DNA of 56,182 bases from Patescibacteria group bacterium (GCA_038078555.1 JBBTYQ010000008.1:1-56182), one strand, 5' to 3'; counted from the first letter of the stretch, positions 38,227-47,795 are shown. A program made the numbers and translations. The notes: generated from the letters alone by a model not told the origin.

Positions 38227-40593
38227 TTATGTTCTTAATTTTTCCAAAATATCTTTTTCCACTTCTTGGCGGTCGCGTCCGTATTTCAAGCGCGAAAGTT
38301 CTTTTATTTTTTCTGCCAACTGGCCGACGCCTGATTCAGGCGGCATAGTTTTAATATTAAATGGCCTGGAAGTTTGTCCATTAATTAATATTTTAGCATA
38401 AGCGTTAAAGTTATCTATATTTAATAAATCGTTTTGGCTAAAAACCGGTTCAAATTGTTTTACTAAAAATTCTGCGTCTTGAACTCCGACTCTGAAGCAA
38501 ATTATGCTTCCAATATTGCCAAATACAGAATCACGTATTTTTTCCGTCAACTGAGCGATAAACTGATGCGCAATCGTCAAATTAAGACGATATTTTCGCG
38601 CCTCTGACAAAATCGTGGCAATTGAATCAGTGGTAAAATTATGGAATTCATCAATATACAGATTAAAATCGCGCCGCTTATTTTCCGCTAAATCAACGCG
38701 CGACAAAGCCGCCATAAGAATTTTTCCGACAATTATCATGCCAAGCAAATTAGCATTAATATCCCCTATCCTGCCTTTTGATAAATTTACAATAAAAATT
38801 TTTCCTTCGTCCATAATTTTTCTGAAATTAAACGAAGAATTAGGCTGGCCGATTATCGGACGGATATAATCATTGGCAATAAAATTATTAAATTTGGAAG
38901 TAATATAAGGCGTCATATTGGCAAGCGATGCGTCTCCGCCGGCTTTAATGGCTTCTTTTTGCCAGAAATCAACGACTATCGGATTTTTAATGCGCTCCAA
39001 TTTCTTCATACGATATTCCGCATCAGTAAAAACCCGCGGCACCTCGATTAAAGTCGCCGGTTCGTTTACCGCATCTTCCATTAAAAGCAGTAAAGCGTTT
39101 CTCATGTATTGTTCAAACATTGGGCCCATTGTTTCCGCTAAAAATAATCTATTAAAAATGCTCTGCATTTCATTGACAATAAAAGTTTTTTCTTCCGGTC
39201 TGGAAAAATCATACTCCAGCATATTCAAGCCTGCAGGATGCATAATATCAGCTGGGTCAAAAACAATAACATCTTCAGCGCGTCTCGCGGGAATGCGGTT
39301 CAAAATTTTTTCCGCCAATTCTCCGTGCGGGTCAATAACAGAAACTCCCTTGCCTTGATTTATATCTTCTATAATCATGTTGGTCATTAAATTCGACTTA
39401 CCGGTGCCGGTTTGCCCGATAACATAAACGTGCCTGCGCCTGTCATCTTCGGTGATATAAACCGATTTTTGCTCGCTCCGAAAAGCGCTTTTGCCTATTA
39501 AAGTCCCTGATTTTGGCAAATCAGCGGGCGAAACCGCTTCTTTTGATTTAAGCCATTTTATTTTCGGCACTTCAGTGGTATAGGTCGGCAAATGAAATAA
39601 ACTTGCCAATTCTTCTGTGTTAAAAATCATCGTTTGAGAATCATCAAATTCTCTGAAAGAAAAATCATACGCAATTTTTTTCAAATTGCGGGATTTATTA
39701 ATTTTAAGTTCCTGGCGCCTCGGAGCGCTGAATTGCTGATAAGCGCCGATAATACTTTCCAAAATTATATCTGACTGATACTGGCTTGGCGCGGAAGCTA
39801 TTATTCTTAAATTGACGGAAAGCAAAGGTTTGGTTATTTTTGATTCCAAAATTTTTATCGCTTCTTCATCGATAATCTTTTTTTCTTCATCTTTTTCTTT
39901 TTTTGGATTTAACGCATTTCCAAAATCTTTTAAGCTTATTTTCAAACTTCCCAAAACATCATCAAGCCTCTGGCCGCGTTTTAAACTATCAATCATCTTC
40001 AAAATTGATTTTTTCAAAGACGCTGGCGCAGGCTTAACCAAAACTTGAATAGCAGCGCCCTCGCCTATTTCATTAATTTTAGAAAGCCCGCTTAAAATAG
40101 GCGCAAAAGTGTCAATATTAGCTTCAGCATAAGTTCTAATCGGCAAAGCATAAGAGAATTTCTGGCTTATATAAGCCCCGATTGAAGCTCCGGCTGGATT
40201 AAAAATATTATAATCGTCTATCAGCTCAACTGAAGCGTCCTTCCAAAAACCTTCAATCTGCCGGCTGACAAATTCCGTTGATTCTTTCGGCACGGCCAAA
40301 TAAAAATGAATTTCCTCGCCAATGTGATGCACTGCCGCTTCCAGACCAAAAGGCTGTTTTAAGCCGGCTAAAATGCCAAAAAGCTGAGCTGACGAATTAA
40401 TCTCATCTTTCCAAGCCAAAGCCGCTCCGCCTTCAATGGAAATATCCTTTTGCTGTTTCTGAGACAAACGAACCAAAAGCACTTTTAAATCAAGAGATTT
40501 GGCTAATTTTTTGCGTTTTAAATTTTTATAAACAAAAAATAAGACTGCACCAAATGCCAAAAAAATTATTGCGATTGAAAGATAAAGAGCCAT
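38227..40593 (-). CDS. VirD4/TraD/HerA-like membrane-anchored ATPase
   Basis: DRRRHVYVIGQTGTGKS, IDPHG, YIDEF, SEARKY. Confidence 0.85.
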   Translation of the reverse strand: MALYLSIAIIFLAFGAVLFFVYKNLKRKKLAKSLDLKVLLVRLSQKQQKDISIEGGAALAWKDEINSSAQLFGILAGLKQPFGLEAAVHHIGEEIHFYLAVPKESTEFVSRQIEGFWKDASVELIDDYNIFNPAGASIGAYISQKFSYALPIRTYAEANIDTFAPILSGLSKINEIGEGAAIQVLVKPAPASLKKSILKMIDSLKRGQRLDDVLGSLKISLKDFGNALNPKKEKDEEKKIIDEEAIKILESKITKPLLSVNLRIIASAPSQYQSDIILESIIGAYQQFSAPRRQELKINKSRNLKKIAYDFSFREFDDSQTMIFNTEELASLFHLPTYTTEVPKIKWLKSKEAVSPADLPKSGTLIGKSAFRSEQKSVYITEDDRRRHVYVIGQTGTGKSNLMTNMIIEDINQGKGVSVIDPHGELAEKILNRIPARRAEDVIVFDPADIMHPAGLNMLEYDFSRPEEKTFIVNEMQSIFNRLFLAETMGPMFEQYMRNALLLLMEDAVNEPATLIEVPRVFTDAEYRMKKLERIKNPIVVDFWQKEAIKAGGDASLANMTPYITSKFNNFIANDYIRPIIGQPNSSFNFRKIMDEGKIFIVNLSKGRIGDINANLLGMIIVGKILMAALSRVDLAENKRRDFNLYIDEFHNFTTDSIATILSEARKYRLNLTIAHQFIAQLTEKIRDSVFGNIGSIICFRVGVQDAEFLVKQFEPVFSQNDLLNIDNFNAYAKILINGQTSRPFNIKTMPPESGVGQLAEKIKELSRLKYGRDRQEVEKDILEKLRT

Positions 40594-40613
40594 CTATAAT
40601 GAATTTCTATAAT

Positions 40614-41054
40614 TTACAACAAATTTCTTTTCTTTAATTCGTCATATAATTTATCCACCAAAGCGTCATGAAAAGCATCGAGAATCGCCGGATTGGAATT
40701 CTTTGCCTCATTAACCGCCTTAGCAAGGCCCTGATGGAAAACTGAATCGATTAACTTTTCCACTTCTAACTTTGTTTCTGAGGATGAATTCTTTAAATAA
40801 TCCGGCAAAAAAGATTTTTCCGCTGAATCGGATTTGTCGATTTCGTCAATTAAATTTTTATTATCGCCGTCTGATTTAGTTATCGGCTTAATAACATTAT
40901 CCAGCAGTTCTTTATCGGAAAAATCTCGGTATTCCGGCGCGCTGCGCTTTTCCAAAATTTCCCGGCTTAATCTTTCAATGTCCGCTTCTAAAATACTGTG
41001 TTTGCCCTGAGTAGATTCAAAAGGTTCGAAATTTTGAGAATTTATGTCAGCCAT
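40614..41054 (-). CDS. conserved hypothetical protein
   Basis: 146-aa ORF, LDAFHDAL motif, co-oriented with the ATPase. Confidence 0.7.
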   Translation of the reverse strand: MADINSQNFEPFESTQGKHSILEADIERLSREILEKRSAPEYRDFSDKELLDNVIKPITKSDGDNKNLIDEIDKSDSAEKSFLPDYLKNSSSETKLEVEKLIDSVFHQGLAKAVNEAKNSNPAILDAFHDALVDKLYDELKKRNLL

Positions 41055-41069
41055 GTTAAAATAAATATT

Positions 41070-42650
41070 ATGAATAAATTAAAATCAATAATCGCTAATC
41101 GTTGGTTATTAATAATTGTTATCCTAATTATAGCTTCTTTTTTTCGGCTATACAATATAACTGAACTTCCGCCCGGACTTTATCCCGACGAAGCGATGAA
41201 CGGAAATAATGCCTTGGAAGCTATTTCAACCGGAAATTTCAAAATATTTTATCCGGAAAATAACGGCCGCGAAGGACTATTTATAAATATGCAGGCCTTG
41301 TCGATTTTCATTTTTGGCAATGAGCCTTGGGCTTTACGCGGAGTTAGCGCTATATTCGGAATTTTAACGGTTTTAGGCGTTTATTTATTGACAAAAGAAT
41401 TATTTCCCCAAAATCGCAAAATCGCGCTTTTAGCGGCTTTTTTGATAGCCACATCTTTTTGGCATATTCTTTTTTCCCGAATCGGTTTTAGAGCGATTAC
41501 CGCGCCTTTTTATCTAACTTGGGCCTGTTATTTTTTACTTTTGTCTGTCAGACTGCTAAAAGAAAATTATTCTTATATAAATTTTAATGAAGCTGCCATA
41601 AAAAATAGCGGTAAAATTTATATTTTTGCCGTTTTAGCGGGATTATTTTACGGCTTAGGATTCCACTCGTATATCGCTTACCGCGCAACTCCGCTTTTGA
41701 TACTTATGGGCTTTGCTTACCGGCTTTTTTATATCAAAGAATTAAGGGGGCAGATTATTAAAATTCTTATCGTTTTTAGCGCATTTTCAATACTGGCTTT
41801 TTTGCCGCTGGGAATGTATTTTTTAAATAATCCGGCAGATTTTTTTGGACGAACAACTCAAGTTTCTGTTTTTAATTCAGCCAATCCAATTAGTAATCTG
41901 GGTGTCAATATCATTAAAACTGCCGCAATGTTTAATTTTTCCGGTGACTGGAATTGGCGTCATAATTACGCCGGCCGACCGGAATTATTCTGGCCAATCG
42001 GAATTTTATTTATAATCAGCATTATTTTGGGAATCTCTGTCTTATTAAGAAAGAAAAGTTACCAAACTGACGAGCAAAATCCCGGTCAATTTAAAAAATT
42101 TTCTTTTTTTATGCTTTTTTCTTGGATTATAATCGCTTCTTTGCCGATAGTAATTTCTAACGAAGGCTTACCTCATGCTCTGCGGGCAATTTTGATGATT
42201 CCTCCGATTTTTATTTTGTCTGCGGTCGGCGGAATTTGGCTCTATAAATTTATTTATGAAAAAATTAGGGAATATGCGCAAAACTATGAAAAAGCGCAAA
42301 GTTATTTTCTTCCCGCCCTATCTTTTATATTTTTCCTTTTCTTAATTTTTGAAGCTTACAACACTTATTTTAATTTGTGGGGTAAAAATCCCAATGTTCA
42401 GGGAGCCTTTGCGGCTGACTATGTTGAAATAGGAAGGAAATTGAACAGCTTGCCCAAAGAATTGCCCAAATATGTGGTCGTTGAAGCCGGCGGAACCAAT
42501 GTGAGAGGAATCCCAATGCCAACTCAAACTACGATGTTTATTACCGATACATTTACTCCCGAAAAACAAAGAGAAAAGAATATCTATTACTTACTGCCTG
42601 AACAAAAAGACAAAATTCTCGAGAATAGCTATGTTTTAACTATAAAGTAA
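41070..42650 (+). CDS. GT-C (ArnT/PMT-like) glycosyltransferase
   Basis: FRLY...PPGLYPDEA, multiple transmembrane helices. Confidence 0.82.
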   Translation: MNKLKSIIANRWLLIIVILIIASFFRLYNITELPPGLYPDEAMNGNNALEAISTGNFKIFYPENNGREGLFINMQALSIFIFGNEPWALRGVSAIFGILTVLGVYLLTKELFPQNRKIALLAAFLIATSFWHILFSRIGFRAITAPFYLTWACYFLLLSVRLLKENYSYINFNEAAIKNSGKIYIFAVLAGLFYGLGFHSYIAYRATPLLILMGFAYRLFYIKELRGQIIKILIVFSAFSILAFLPLGMYFLNNPADFFGRTTQVSVFNSANPISNLGVNIIKTAAMFNFSGDWNWRHNYAGRPELFWPIGILFIISIILGISVLLRKKSYQTDEQNPGQFKKFSFFMLFSWIIIASLPIVISNEGLPHALRAILMIPPIFILSAVGGIWLYKFIYEKIREYAQNYEKAQSYFLPALSFIFFLFLIFEAYNTYFNLWGKNPNVQGAFAADYVEIGRKLNSLPKELPKYVVVEAGGTNVRGIPMPTQTTMFITDTFTPEKQREKNIYYLLPEQKDKILENSYVLTIK

Positions 42651-43217
42651 TTATTTATCTTTTTTGGCTATCAATATAAAATAAGGCGTAAAATTTCTCG
42701 GCTCAAAACGCCAAGTAATGTTTTTTCTAAAAAACTTATTCAGCTCCAAAAACACAATCGGGATGCTCTGATAAATTAAAAATATTCCGGATTTAACCAA
42801 AGAGTTATAAGTATTTTTTACCAATTCCTCTCTTTCTTTTGACGTCAAAATAGAACACGGAATGCCGGAAATAACCGCATCTATTTGCGGCAAATTAAGT
42901 TTTTTCAATTTTTTTGAAACTTCCACGACATTGCCGTAAATAATAATAAGCCGGTCATCTTTTATTTTTTTTAACTGTCCTACAAAAGACTCGTTCAATT
43001 CAATTGCAATCAATCGTCCATCAGACGGCAAAATATTTAAAATCGCTTTTGTAACAACGCCGTCGCCCGGTCCGTATTCCACGATATATTTATAATCCGG
43101 CTTTATTTCCTTAATGATTTTTTTAACTACATACCTTGAACTGGGAGTTAATGCCCCGACTTTAAAATCTCGAAGCGCTGTTTTTAAAAAATTAAAATTA
43201 TTTTTTATTTTATTCAT
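42651..43217 (-). CDS. SAM-dependent phospholipid N-methyltransferase-like protein
   Basis: VGALTPSS, VEYGPGDG, ISGIP. Confidence 0.8.
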   Translation of the reverse strand: MNKIKNNFNFLKTALRDFKVGALTPSSRYVVKKIIKEIKPDYKYIVEYGPGDGVVTKAILNILPSDGRLIAIELNESFVGQLKKIKDDRLIIIYGNVVEVSKKLKKLNLPQIDAVISGIPCSILTSKEREELVKNTYNSLVKSGIFLIYQSIPIVFLELNKFFRKNITWRFEPRNFTPYFILIAKKDK

Positions 43218-43225
43218 AATTGATT

Positions 43226-44638
43226 TTAAATAGTCTGCACTATTAAAAGATTTGTAGTACCGGCTTTGCCGAAAGGAATACCCGCGCCAATAACGATTTT
43301 ATCCCCTTTTTTTGCTACATTATTTTTTACTGCTAATTCTTTTGCCACATCAATAACTTCGGAAACATCCTTAAAAGGCTTTATCATTCTTCCATAACAG
43401 CCAAAGCTTAATGCCAGTCGATTGTAAGTATATTTATTGGGAGTTAAAGCTAAAATCGGCTGTTTAGGCTTATAGCGGGAAATCATCCGGGCGGTTTTGC
43501 CGTATTCCGTCAAAGCTACGATCGCTTTAGCGTTAATATTATGAGCTGTGGTAACGATAGCATAACTTATGGAATCATTTACTGTTTTTGGCAATAAATG
43601 TTTGTGCTTTAAAATTTCCTCGTGCTTAAAATTTTCTTCGGTGTGGCGGCTGATTCTATCCATCACTTCCACCGCTTTAAGCGGATAACTTCCCAAAGTC
43701 GTTTCTTCGGAAAGCATCACTGCGTCAGTGCCGTCCAAAATCGCGTTAGCCACATCGTTAACTTCCGCTCTTGTCGGAACCGGATTTCTTACCATAGAAT
43801 CAAGCATTTGCGTGGCGGTAATTACCGGCTTGCCCAAATCATTGCACCTGCCGATTATTATTTTCTGTAAAATCGGCACGTGTTCTGCCGGTACTTCCAC
43901 CGCCAAATCGCCCCGCGCCACCATTATAGCGTCTGAAGCTTCTATAATCTTATCAAGATTTTCTATGGCTTCTTGAGTTTCAATTTTAGCAATAACTTTA
44001 ATATCAGCCTTTGCCTTGCTTAAAATTTTCTTAAGTTCTAAAACGTCAGCCGGCTTTCTCACAAAAGAAATTGCCATAAAATCAACCTTATTTTTAATGG
44101 CAAATTTAATATCTTCCTTATCTTTTTTAGTAAGTGAAGATATCTTCAAATAAGCGCCGGGTAAATTCATGCCTCGCCTGCCTTTTATCTCTCCGCCGAC
44201 AATAACGCGGGCAAAGATTTCACTGCCGGAAATTTTTTCCACCTTAAATTCATTTTTTCCGTCATTAAGCAAAATCTTGCTGCCTTTTTTTATTTCTTTG
44301 GGTAGATTTTTATAATTGACAGACACTCGCCTTTCGTCCCCAACGCATTTTTGAGTGGTAAAAATAAAACTTTGGCCATTTTTTAAAATAATGCTTTCGT
44401 GATAAAAATCGCCGATTCTTATTTTCGGACCGCAAAGGTCAGCTAAAACCGCTATTGGTTCCCCAATTTTTTTAGAAATATAGTGAGCTAAATTTATTCT
44501 GTTTTTATGCTCTTCGTGAGTGCCGTGCGAAAAATTTAATCTCACCACATTCATTCCCGCCAAAGCCATCTCAAGCATCATTTTTTTACTCTCCGTTGCC
44601 GGTCCGATAGTGGCAACAATTTTAGTTTTCTTCGTCAT
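43226..44638 (-). CDS. pyk: pyruvate kinase
   Basis: KTKIVATIGP, RLNFSHG, MVARGDL, TRAEV.DVANA. Confidence 0.97.
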   Translation of the reverse strand: MTKKTKIVATIGPATESKKMMLEMALAGMNVVRLNFSHGTHEEHKNRINLAHYISKKIGEPIAVLADLCGPKIRIGDFYHESIILKNGQSFIFTTQKCVGDERRVSVNYKNLPKEIKKGSKILLNDGKNEFKVEKISGSEIFARVIVGGEIKGRRGMNLPGAYLKISSLTKKDKEDIKFAIKNKVDFMAISFVRKPADVLELKKILSKAKADIKVIAKIETQEAIENLDKIIEASDAIMVARGDLAVEVPAEHVPILQKIIIGRCNDLGKPVITATQMLDSMVRNPVPTRAEVNDVANAILDGTDAVMLSEETTLGSYPLKAVEVMDRISRHTEENFKHEEILKHKHLLPKTVNDSISYAIVTTAHNINAKAIVALTEYGKTARMISRYKPKQPILALTPNKYTYNRLALSFGCYGRMIKPFKDVSEVIDVAKELAVKNNVAKKGDKIVIGAGIPFGKAGTTNLLIVQTI

Positions 44639-44658
44639 GATTATGATAAAATAAGTGT

Positions 44659-45174
44659 TTATTTTATCATGAATCTATACGGCTTGCGAGCCCATGCGCC
44701 TGCATATTCCACTCCTACTCTCTTAAGATTTGCGATTTTCGATTTACTAATTTTTATTCCCCTGTCCTCAATCCAAAGCCCGCATTTTCTATCGGCTTTT
44801 AGTCCGTTAAATTTTTTATTTATTTTTAAATGTTTCGTAAGCTTTGCCGGACCATTAATGTCGCCTGCTCCTCTTATTAAAATCGCCGCCGGATAATCTT
44901 TTGGCCCGACTACAATATTCAACATCCAATGCATGCCATAAGTAAAATAAACATACCACTTGCCTCCCTTTTCAAACATTATTTTATTTCTTTCAGTTTT
45001 TCCATGCGCCGCGTGCGAAGCTCTATCTTCAAAACCGTCATAAGCTTCCACTTCAGTAATCATCAGTGTAATTTCCTTTCCCTTATATTTTCGCACTAAA
45101 AATTTTCCCAAAAGAAACTCGGCGATTTTTAAAGCCGGCTGATTAAAAAATTTTTGAGGTAAAATCCTCCGCAT
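44659..45174 (-). CDS. 3-methyladenine DNA glycosylase (MPG family)
   Basis: ITEVEAY, YVYFTYGMH, GPAKL, RVG. Confidence 0.92.
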   Translation of the reverse strand: MRRILPQKFFNQPALKIAEFLLGKFLVRKYKGKEITLMITEVEAYDGFEDRASHAAHGKTERNKIMFEKGGKWYVYFTYGMHWMLNIVVGPKDYPAAILIRGAGDINGPAKLTKHLKINKKFNGLKADRKCGLWIEDRGIKISKSKIANLKRVGVEYAGAWARKPYRFMIK

Positions 45175-45246
45175 AAATCGCTAACTCAATAATTTACTGT
45201 TTTTATTCTCTAATTTAAGTAAAATTATTTTAAAGAACATCCCGCA

Positions 45247-45349
45247 GTCCCGACGGGCTTGGTCTGAGCAAAGCGAAGCCGTCGGGACGAGGGAGAAGAA
45301 AATTTTGCCGTCCCGACGTAAAGTCGGGATTCCGACCAAAGCGTCGGAA
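45247..45349. repeat. cluster of CCGAC..GTCGG palindromic elements
   Basis: GTCCCGACGG..CCGTCGGGAC and TCCCGAC-GTAAA-GTCGGGA / TTCCGAC-CAAAGC-GTCGGAA; related element in valS. Confidence 0.75.
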
Positions 45350-45430
45350 CTGGAGCAAAATTATTCTGATTCTGAAAAATGATTTTGCTTAAATCACTAA
45401 TCACTAATCCCTATCCAATATTCACTAATT

Positions 45431-46438
45431 TTATCCATGCCTTATCACCATCACATCGCCGTCTTGAGCAATATAATCCTTGCCCTCAATTTTTAGCCAG
45501 CCTTTTTGTTTGGCGCTGTTCCAAGAACCGGCTTCCAATAATTTCTGCCAATTTATCACTTCAGCGCGGATAAATTTTTTTTCAAAATCAGAATGAATCG
45601 CGCCCGCCGCCTCCGGAGCTTTTGAACCGTTTTTTATTGTCCAAGCCCGGGTTTCATCTTCGCCAGTAGTAAAAAAACTGATAAGTCCTAAAATTTCATA
45701 AGCTTTTTTAATTAATCCGCTTACGTCTTGAGATAATGACAAATCCATTATCAAATAATCAGCATTAAGCGATTTGATTTTGTTTTTTAATTCGCCACTC
45801 ACATCAGATTCTTTGCCATTTAAAAGATATATTTGACGCTTGGCGGTAAGCAAGGCTAATTCTTTAACAATCGGAGAATTTAAAATTTCCTCTTCCGAAT
45901 TAACTGCTAAAATGCCTTTTTCTAAATTTTCCTTGATTTTTTTCAAAATTTCCAAATCCTTGCTTTTTTGCTTATCACCGCTGCGGGCTTCAGCCTCCAA
46001 TTTCCCGAATCTTTTTTCCGTAATATCTAAATCTTTTAAAATTAATTCAGTGTTAATAATTTCCAAATCCCTTATTGGATCAACTTTTTGCTCAACATGA
46101 ATTATTTCTCCGCTTTCAAAAACCCTAATTACTTCCACTATTGAATCAACTTCGCGAATGTGGCTCAAAAATTGATTACCCAATCCCTCGCCTTTATTAG
46201 CTCCTTTAACCAATCCGGCAATATCGTAAAATTCCACAACCGCGGGAATGGTTTTTTTAGAATTGCTCAAATGCGTCAATTTATCCAAACGTTCATCAGG
46301 CACTATAACAACGCCGACATTAGGGTCGATTGTGGCAAATGGATAATTGGCGATATTTATTTCCTGATTGGTCAGCGCTTTAAATAAGGTTGATTTTCCG
46401 ACATTAGGCAACCCCACTATCCCGATAGAAAGTTTCAT
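45431..46438 (-). CDS. ychF: redox-regulated ATPase YchF
   Basis: GIVGLPNVGKST, NYPFATIDPN, GEGLGNQFL, YIAQDGD; true start MKLSIG. Confidence 0.95.
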   Translation of the reverse strand: MKLSIGIVGLPNVGKSTLFKALTNQEINIANYPFATIDPNVGVVIVPDERLDKLTHLSNSKKTIPAVVEFYDIAGLVKGANKGEGLGNQFLSHIREVDSIVEVIRVFESGEIIHVEQKVDPIRDLEIINTELILKDLDITEKRFGKLEAEARSGDKQKSKDLEILKKIKENLEKGILAVNSEEEILNSPIVKELALLTAKRQIYLLNGKESDVSGELKNKIKSLNADYLIMDLSLSQDVSGLIKKAYEILGLISFFTTGEDETRAWTIKNGSKAPEAAGAIHSDFEKKFIRAEVINWQKLLEAGSWNSAKQKGWLKIEGKDYIAQDGDVMVIRHG

Positions 46439-46467
46439 GGTTGATAATTTAGCATTATTTAATAAAT

Positions 46468-46496
46468 AAAAAAAGGGGCTGAATAAATCCAGCCCC
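46468..46496 (-). terminator. intrinsic terminator closing the Tas-like locus
   Basis: GGGGCTGGA-TTTA-TTCAGCCCC followed by T7. Confidence 0.85.
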
Positions 46497-46549
46497 GAGG
46501 GAACATCTACGCAATAGGTTTTTAAAACCATCGGACTTGTAGTTCCCTC
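46497..46549 (-). ncRNA. stem-loop dual-spacer guide unit 4 (TIGR-like)
   Basis: GAGGGAA-CTA-CAAGTCCGA-TG-GTTTTAAAAAC-CTA-TTGCGTAGA-TG-TTCCCTC. Confidence 0.85.
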
Positions 46550-46552
46550 AAA

Positions 46553-47512
46553 CTAAAATTTCCGCCACTTTCTAAAAATGTACTCCAAAAACTTTTGCCC
46601 CAAATACCGGCAAGCCTTGGCGTGAATATGCCCTTTAGAAATGTCAGGAAATTTCTGTCTCTCATATTCCTTTCTTTCTATCAGCATTTTGTTCCACGGC
46701 AGACAGTTTGACCGGCGATTAACCTGATCAGTAAAAAGAAAAATTCCTTGCTTCAAAAAATTATTCCAAGAAGCAACTTCGCCTTTCCTTCTTTTCTGAA
46801 TCTGGTTATTGCCGCTAAAACCGTAGCCCGCATAGTTCTTCAAATGAGCCTCGTTCGGGAATCGCCTGATATCCTGAATGCCGTAAATAATTCTTCCGGC
46901 AATCACAGCGCCCACACCCTTAATCGGCTTAAAAAGCGACTGATAAATCGGCAAATCTTTTACCGCTTTATCTATTGCTCTATAAAGGCGTTTCTCTTCT
47001 TTTAAAGCGGGCGCAAACATCGGGTGCTCGGCAATTTCCCGGCGCAATTCTTTTTCCAGTTCTGCCACCGGCTCGCCTCTCACTAAAAAATCGTCCTCAA
47101 GAGCTGCGAAAAGGCGCTGTTGAGCTTTCATTCTGATTTCCTTCTGCACAATATAATACTGCTGAAGCAACATTCCAACTTCCAAAATTTTGATATCTTT
47201 CCCCTGAATTGAATAAAAGAATTCCGGAGAATTTTGTGCTGTCTCTAAAAGAAGCTGGGCGTATTCGCCGCTCTTTCCTTTGCGAAGCTCCGCGAGTTTA
47301 GCAGTCGGAATCCGAAAAATCTTTGCGCCTTTTTTTGCGCAAGCTAAAGCAAATTTATCTGCTCCTGAACCGAATGGCAGATAAAATTCGTCTTTTTCGG
47401 ATATTTTTGAAACAAAGTCCAGTTTTTTTTCAGAACTATCTAATAATATTTCTTGACCTTCCTCTAATGCAACAACCGCTTTCTTTAATCCATACTCAAC
47501 GCCGTGTCTCAT
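46553..47512 (-). CDS. IS110-related Nop-domain RNA-binding protein (Tas-like) with degenerate RuvC-like N-terminus
   Basis: IKGVGAVIAGRII, DIRRFP, YAGY, KRRKGE.ASWN..LK, KGHIHAKACRY..KFL..IFRKW; AAGGAGG ribosome-binding site; flanked by dual-spacer units. Confidence 0.82.
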   Translation of the reverse strand: MRHGVEYGLKKAVVALEEGQEILLDSSEKKLDFVSKISEKDEFYLPFGSGADKFALACAKKGAKIFRIPTAKLAELRKGKSGEYAQLLLETAQNSPEFFYSIQGKDIKILEVGMLLQQYYIVQKEIRMKAQQRLFAALEDDFLVRGEPVAELEKELRREIAEHPMFAPALKEEKRLYRAIDKAVKDLPIYQSLFKPIKGVGAVIAGRIIYGIQDIRRFPNEAHLKNYAGYGFSGNNQIQKRRKGEVASWNNFLKQGIFLFTDQVNRRSNCLPWNKMLIERKEYERQKFPDISKGHIHAKACRYLGQKFLEYIFRKWRKF

Positions 47513-47565
47513 CTGAAGCCTCCTTTTTGAGAGTTAGTCCGCAAAATGCGACAAAATTCATAAAA

Positions 47566-47629
47566 GCTTGGAAAAAAACATTGTAATGTCAGTTCGTCTG
47601 AACACAACAAGGATAGTTTTTCTCCAAGC
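47566..47629 (-). ncRNA. stem-loop dual-spacer guide unit 3 (TIGR-like)
   Basis: GCTTGGAGAAAAA-CTA-TCCTTGTTG-TG-TTCAGACGAA-CTG-ACATTACAA-TG-TTTTTTTCCAAGC. Confidence 0.85.
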
Positions 47630-47642
47630 AATTTAGCGGAAA

Positions 47643-47707
47643 AAAGCGCTTAGAACACTGTAGTTCTAGGATTTCAAATCCACCAGCAAAGTAGTTCCAA
47701 GCGCTTT
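47643..47707 (-). ncRNA. stem-loop dual-spacer guide unit 2 (TIGR-like)
   Basis: AAAGCGCTTGGAA-CTA-CTTTGCTGG-TG-GATTTGAAATC-CTA-GAACTACAG-TG-TTCTAAGCGCTTT. Confidence 0.87.
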
Positions 47708-47716
47708 AAATTTTGA

Positions 47717-47773
47717 GGCGCGCAACATTTCTATGAAAGTTGAAAAACAACATATTCAATGTAGTCGCGCGCC
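47717..47773 (-). ncRNA. stem-loop dual-spacer guide unit 1 (TIGR-like)
   Basis: GGCGCGCGA-CTA-CATTGAATA-TG-TTGTTTTTCAA-CTT-TCATAGAAA-TG-TTGCGCGCC. Confidence 0.85.
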
Positions 47774-47782
47774 ATACTCTAT

Positions 47783-47795
47783 ATTTCAAAGAACA
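47783..47795 (-). promoter_or_regulatory. boxA-like antitermination site in the array leader
   Basis: TGTTCTTTGAAAT, about 10 nt before unit 1. Confidence 0.55.

Noticed and set aside
38227-40593. Conjugative element signalled by the VirD4-like ATPase
   Set aside because: No relaxase, VirB genes or integrase nearby; such ATPases are routine chromosomal genes in Patescibacteria
46439-46531. N-terminal extension of YchF in the ORF track
   Set aside because: Overlaps the terminator and guide unit 4; YchF homology starts at MKLSIG (46438)
46553-47512. Ordinary IS110 transposase / insertion sequence
   Set aside because: The DEDD tetrad and the GLxP..SG motif are not recognisable, and the flanks hold four variable dual-spacer units with promoter and terminator rather than IS ends
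47566-47773. CRISPR array
   Set aside because: No identical direct repeats, spacers are only 9 nt, and no cas genes are adjacent
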